This document shows, in pieces, positions 63,690-64,000 of a stretch of 64,000 nucleotides of DNA. The DNA is from Gammaproteobacteria bacterium (GTDB lineage Bacteria > Pseudomonadota > Gammaproteobacteria > Eutrophobiales > Eutrophobiaceae): the NCBI GenBank assembly GCA_965215365.1, contig CBDCDS010000003.1, positions 928,001-992,000 of the forward strand, read 5' to 3'. Below the pieces are notes generated by a model, which saw nothing but the letters and a program-made list of their open reading frames with translations, was not told the DNA's origin and made no database searches. Positions within the stretch are counted from its first letter, which is position 1, and each line of letters opens with the position of its first letter. Made by a program: the position numbers and the translations under genes.

Positions 63690-64000
63690 ATGGACAGCAT
63701 GTCACTCAAACAAGCGGGCCTGAAGGCGACGCTGCCGCGCATCCGCATACTGGAAATCCTGGAAGCCTCACACCAAAAGCACGTGAGCGCCGAGGATGTC
63801 TATAAGGCCCTGCTCGAGGCCAACGAAGATGTTGGTTTGGCGACCGTGTACCGGGTGTTGACGCAGTTCGAAAGCGCCGGACTGGTCATCCGTCACCACT
63901 TCGATACCGGCCACTCCGTGTTTGAACTGGATTGCGGCAAGCATCACGATCACATGGTCTGCATTGAGACCGGCAAGGTCATCGAATTTGAAAATGAGAA
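63690..64000 (+). CDS. fur: Ferric uptake regulator (partial, runs off right edge)
   Basis: LKQAGLKATLPR, SAEDVY, GLATVYRVLTQF, HHDH. Confidence 0.95.
   Translation, partial: MDSMSLKQAGLKATLPRIRILEILEASHQKHVSAEDVYKALLEANEDVGLATVYRVLTQFESAGLVIRHHFDTGHSVFELDCGKHHDHMVCIETGKVIEFENE

Overview
64-kb chromosomal segment of a GC-rich Gammaproteobacterium. Abundant sulfotransferases, coiled-coil PD-(D/E)XK genes, TA and RM systems suggest a host-associated marine lineage such as a sponge symbiont (inference). Core blocks are mgtE-ptsI-HPr-ptsN-hpf-rpoN-lptBAC-kdsD-CaCA, murU, cpoB-pal-tolBARQ-ruvBAC-yebC, nadA and nagZ-TraB-mscS-dapF-DUF484-xerC-smpB-NSS-ratB-ABC-bamE-fur. Four accessory zones interrupt them. 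(1) 1-7.5 kb is a defence/TA hotspot at a broken polA-DUF2782 locus: type III Mod coupled to a PLD nuclease, AbiE remnants, a membrane-anchored dCTP-deaminase-fold protein lacking the catalytic Glu, and a repeat-flanked Fic gene. (2) An RsrI-like GAATTC RM pair lies between yebC and nadA. (3) A sulfated surface-polysaccharide locus contains a ShosTA-like DprA/PRTase pair and two long G/C tracts. (4) An 11.3-kb unit bounded by 1.19-kb direct repeats holds vapBC, HTH-IrrE/PIN, a methylase-carrying IS66 with two nested IS, and a K+-channel + GIY-YIG pair. The best candidates for undescribed systems are the Dcd-fold-coiled-coil-TM protein and the K+-channel/GIY-YIG pair. No rRNA, tRNA or CRISPR array was seen. 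All calls are by motif recognition; no database searches were run.
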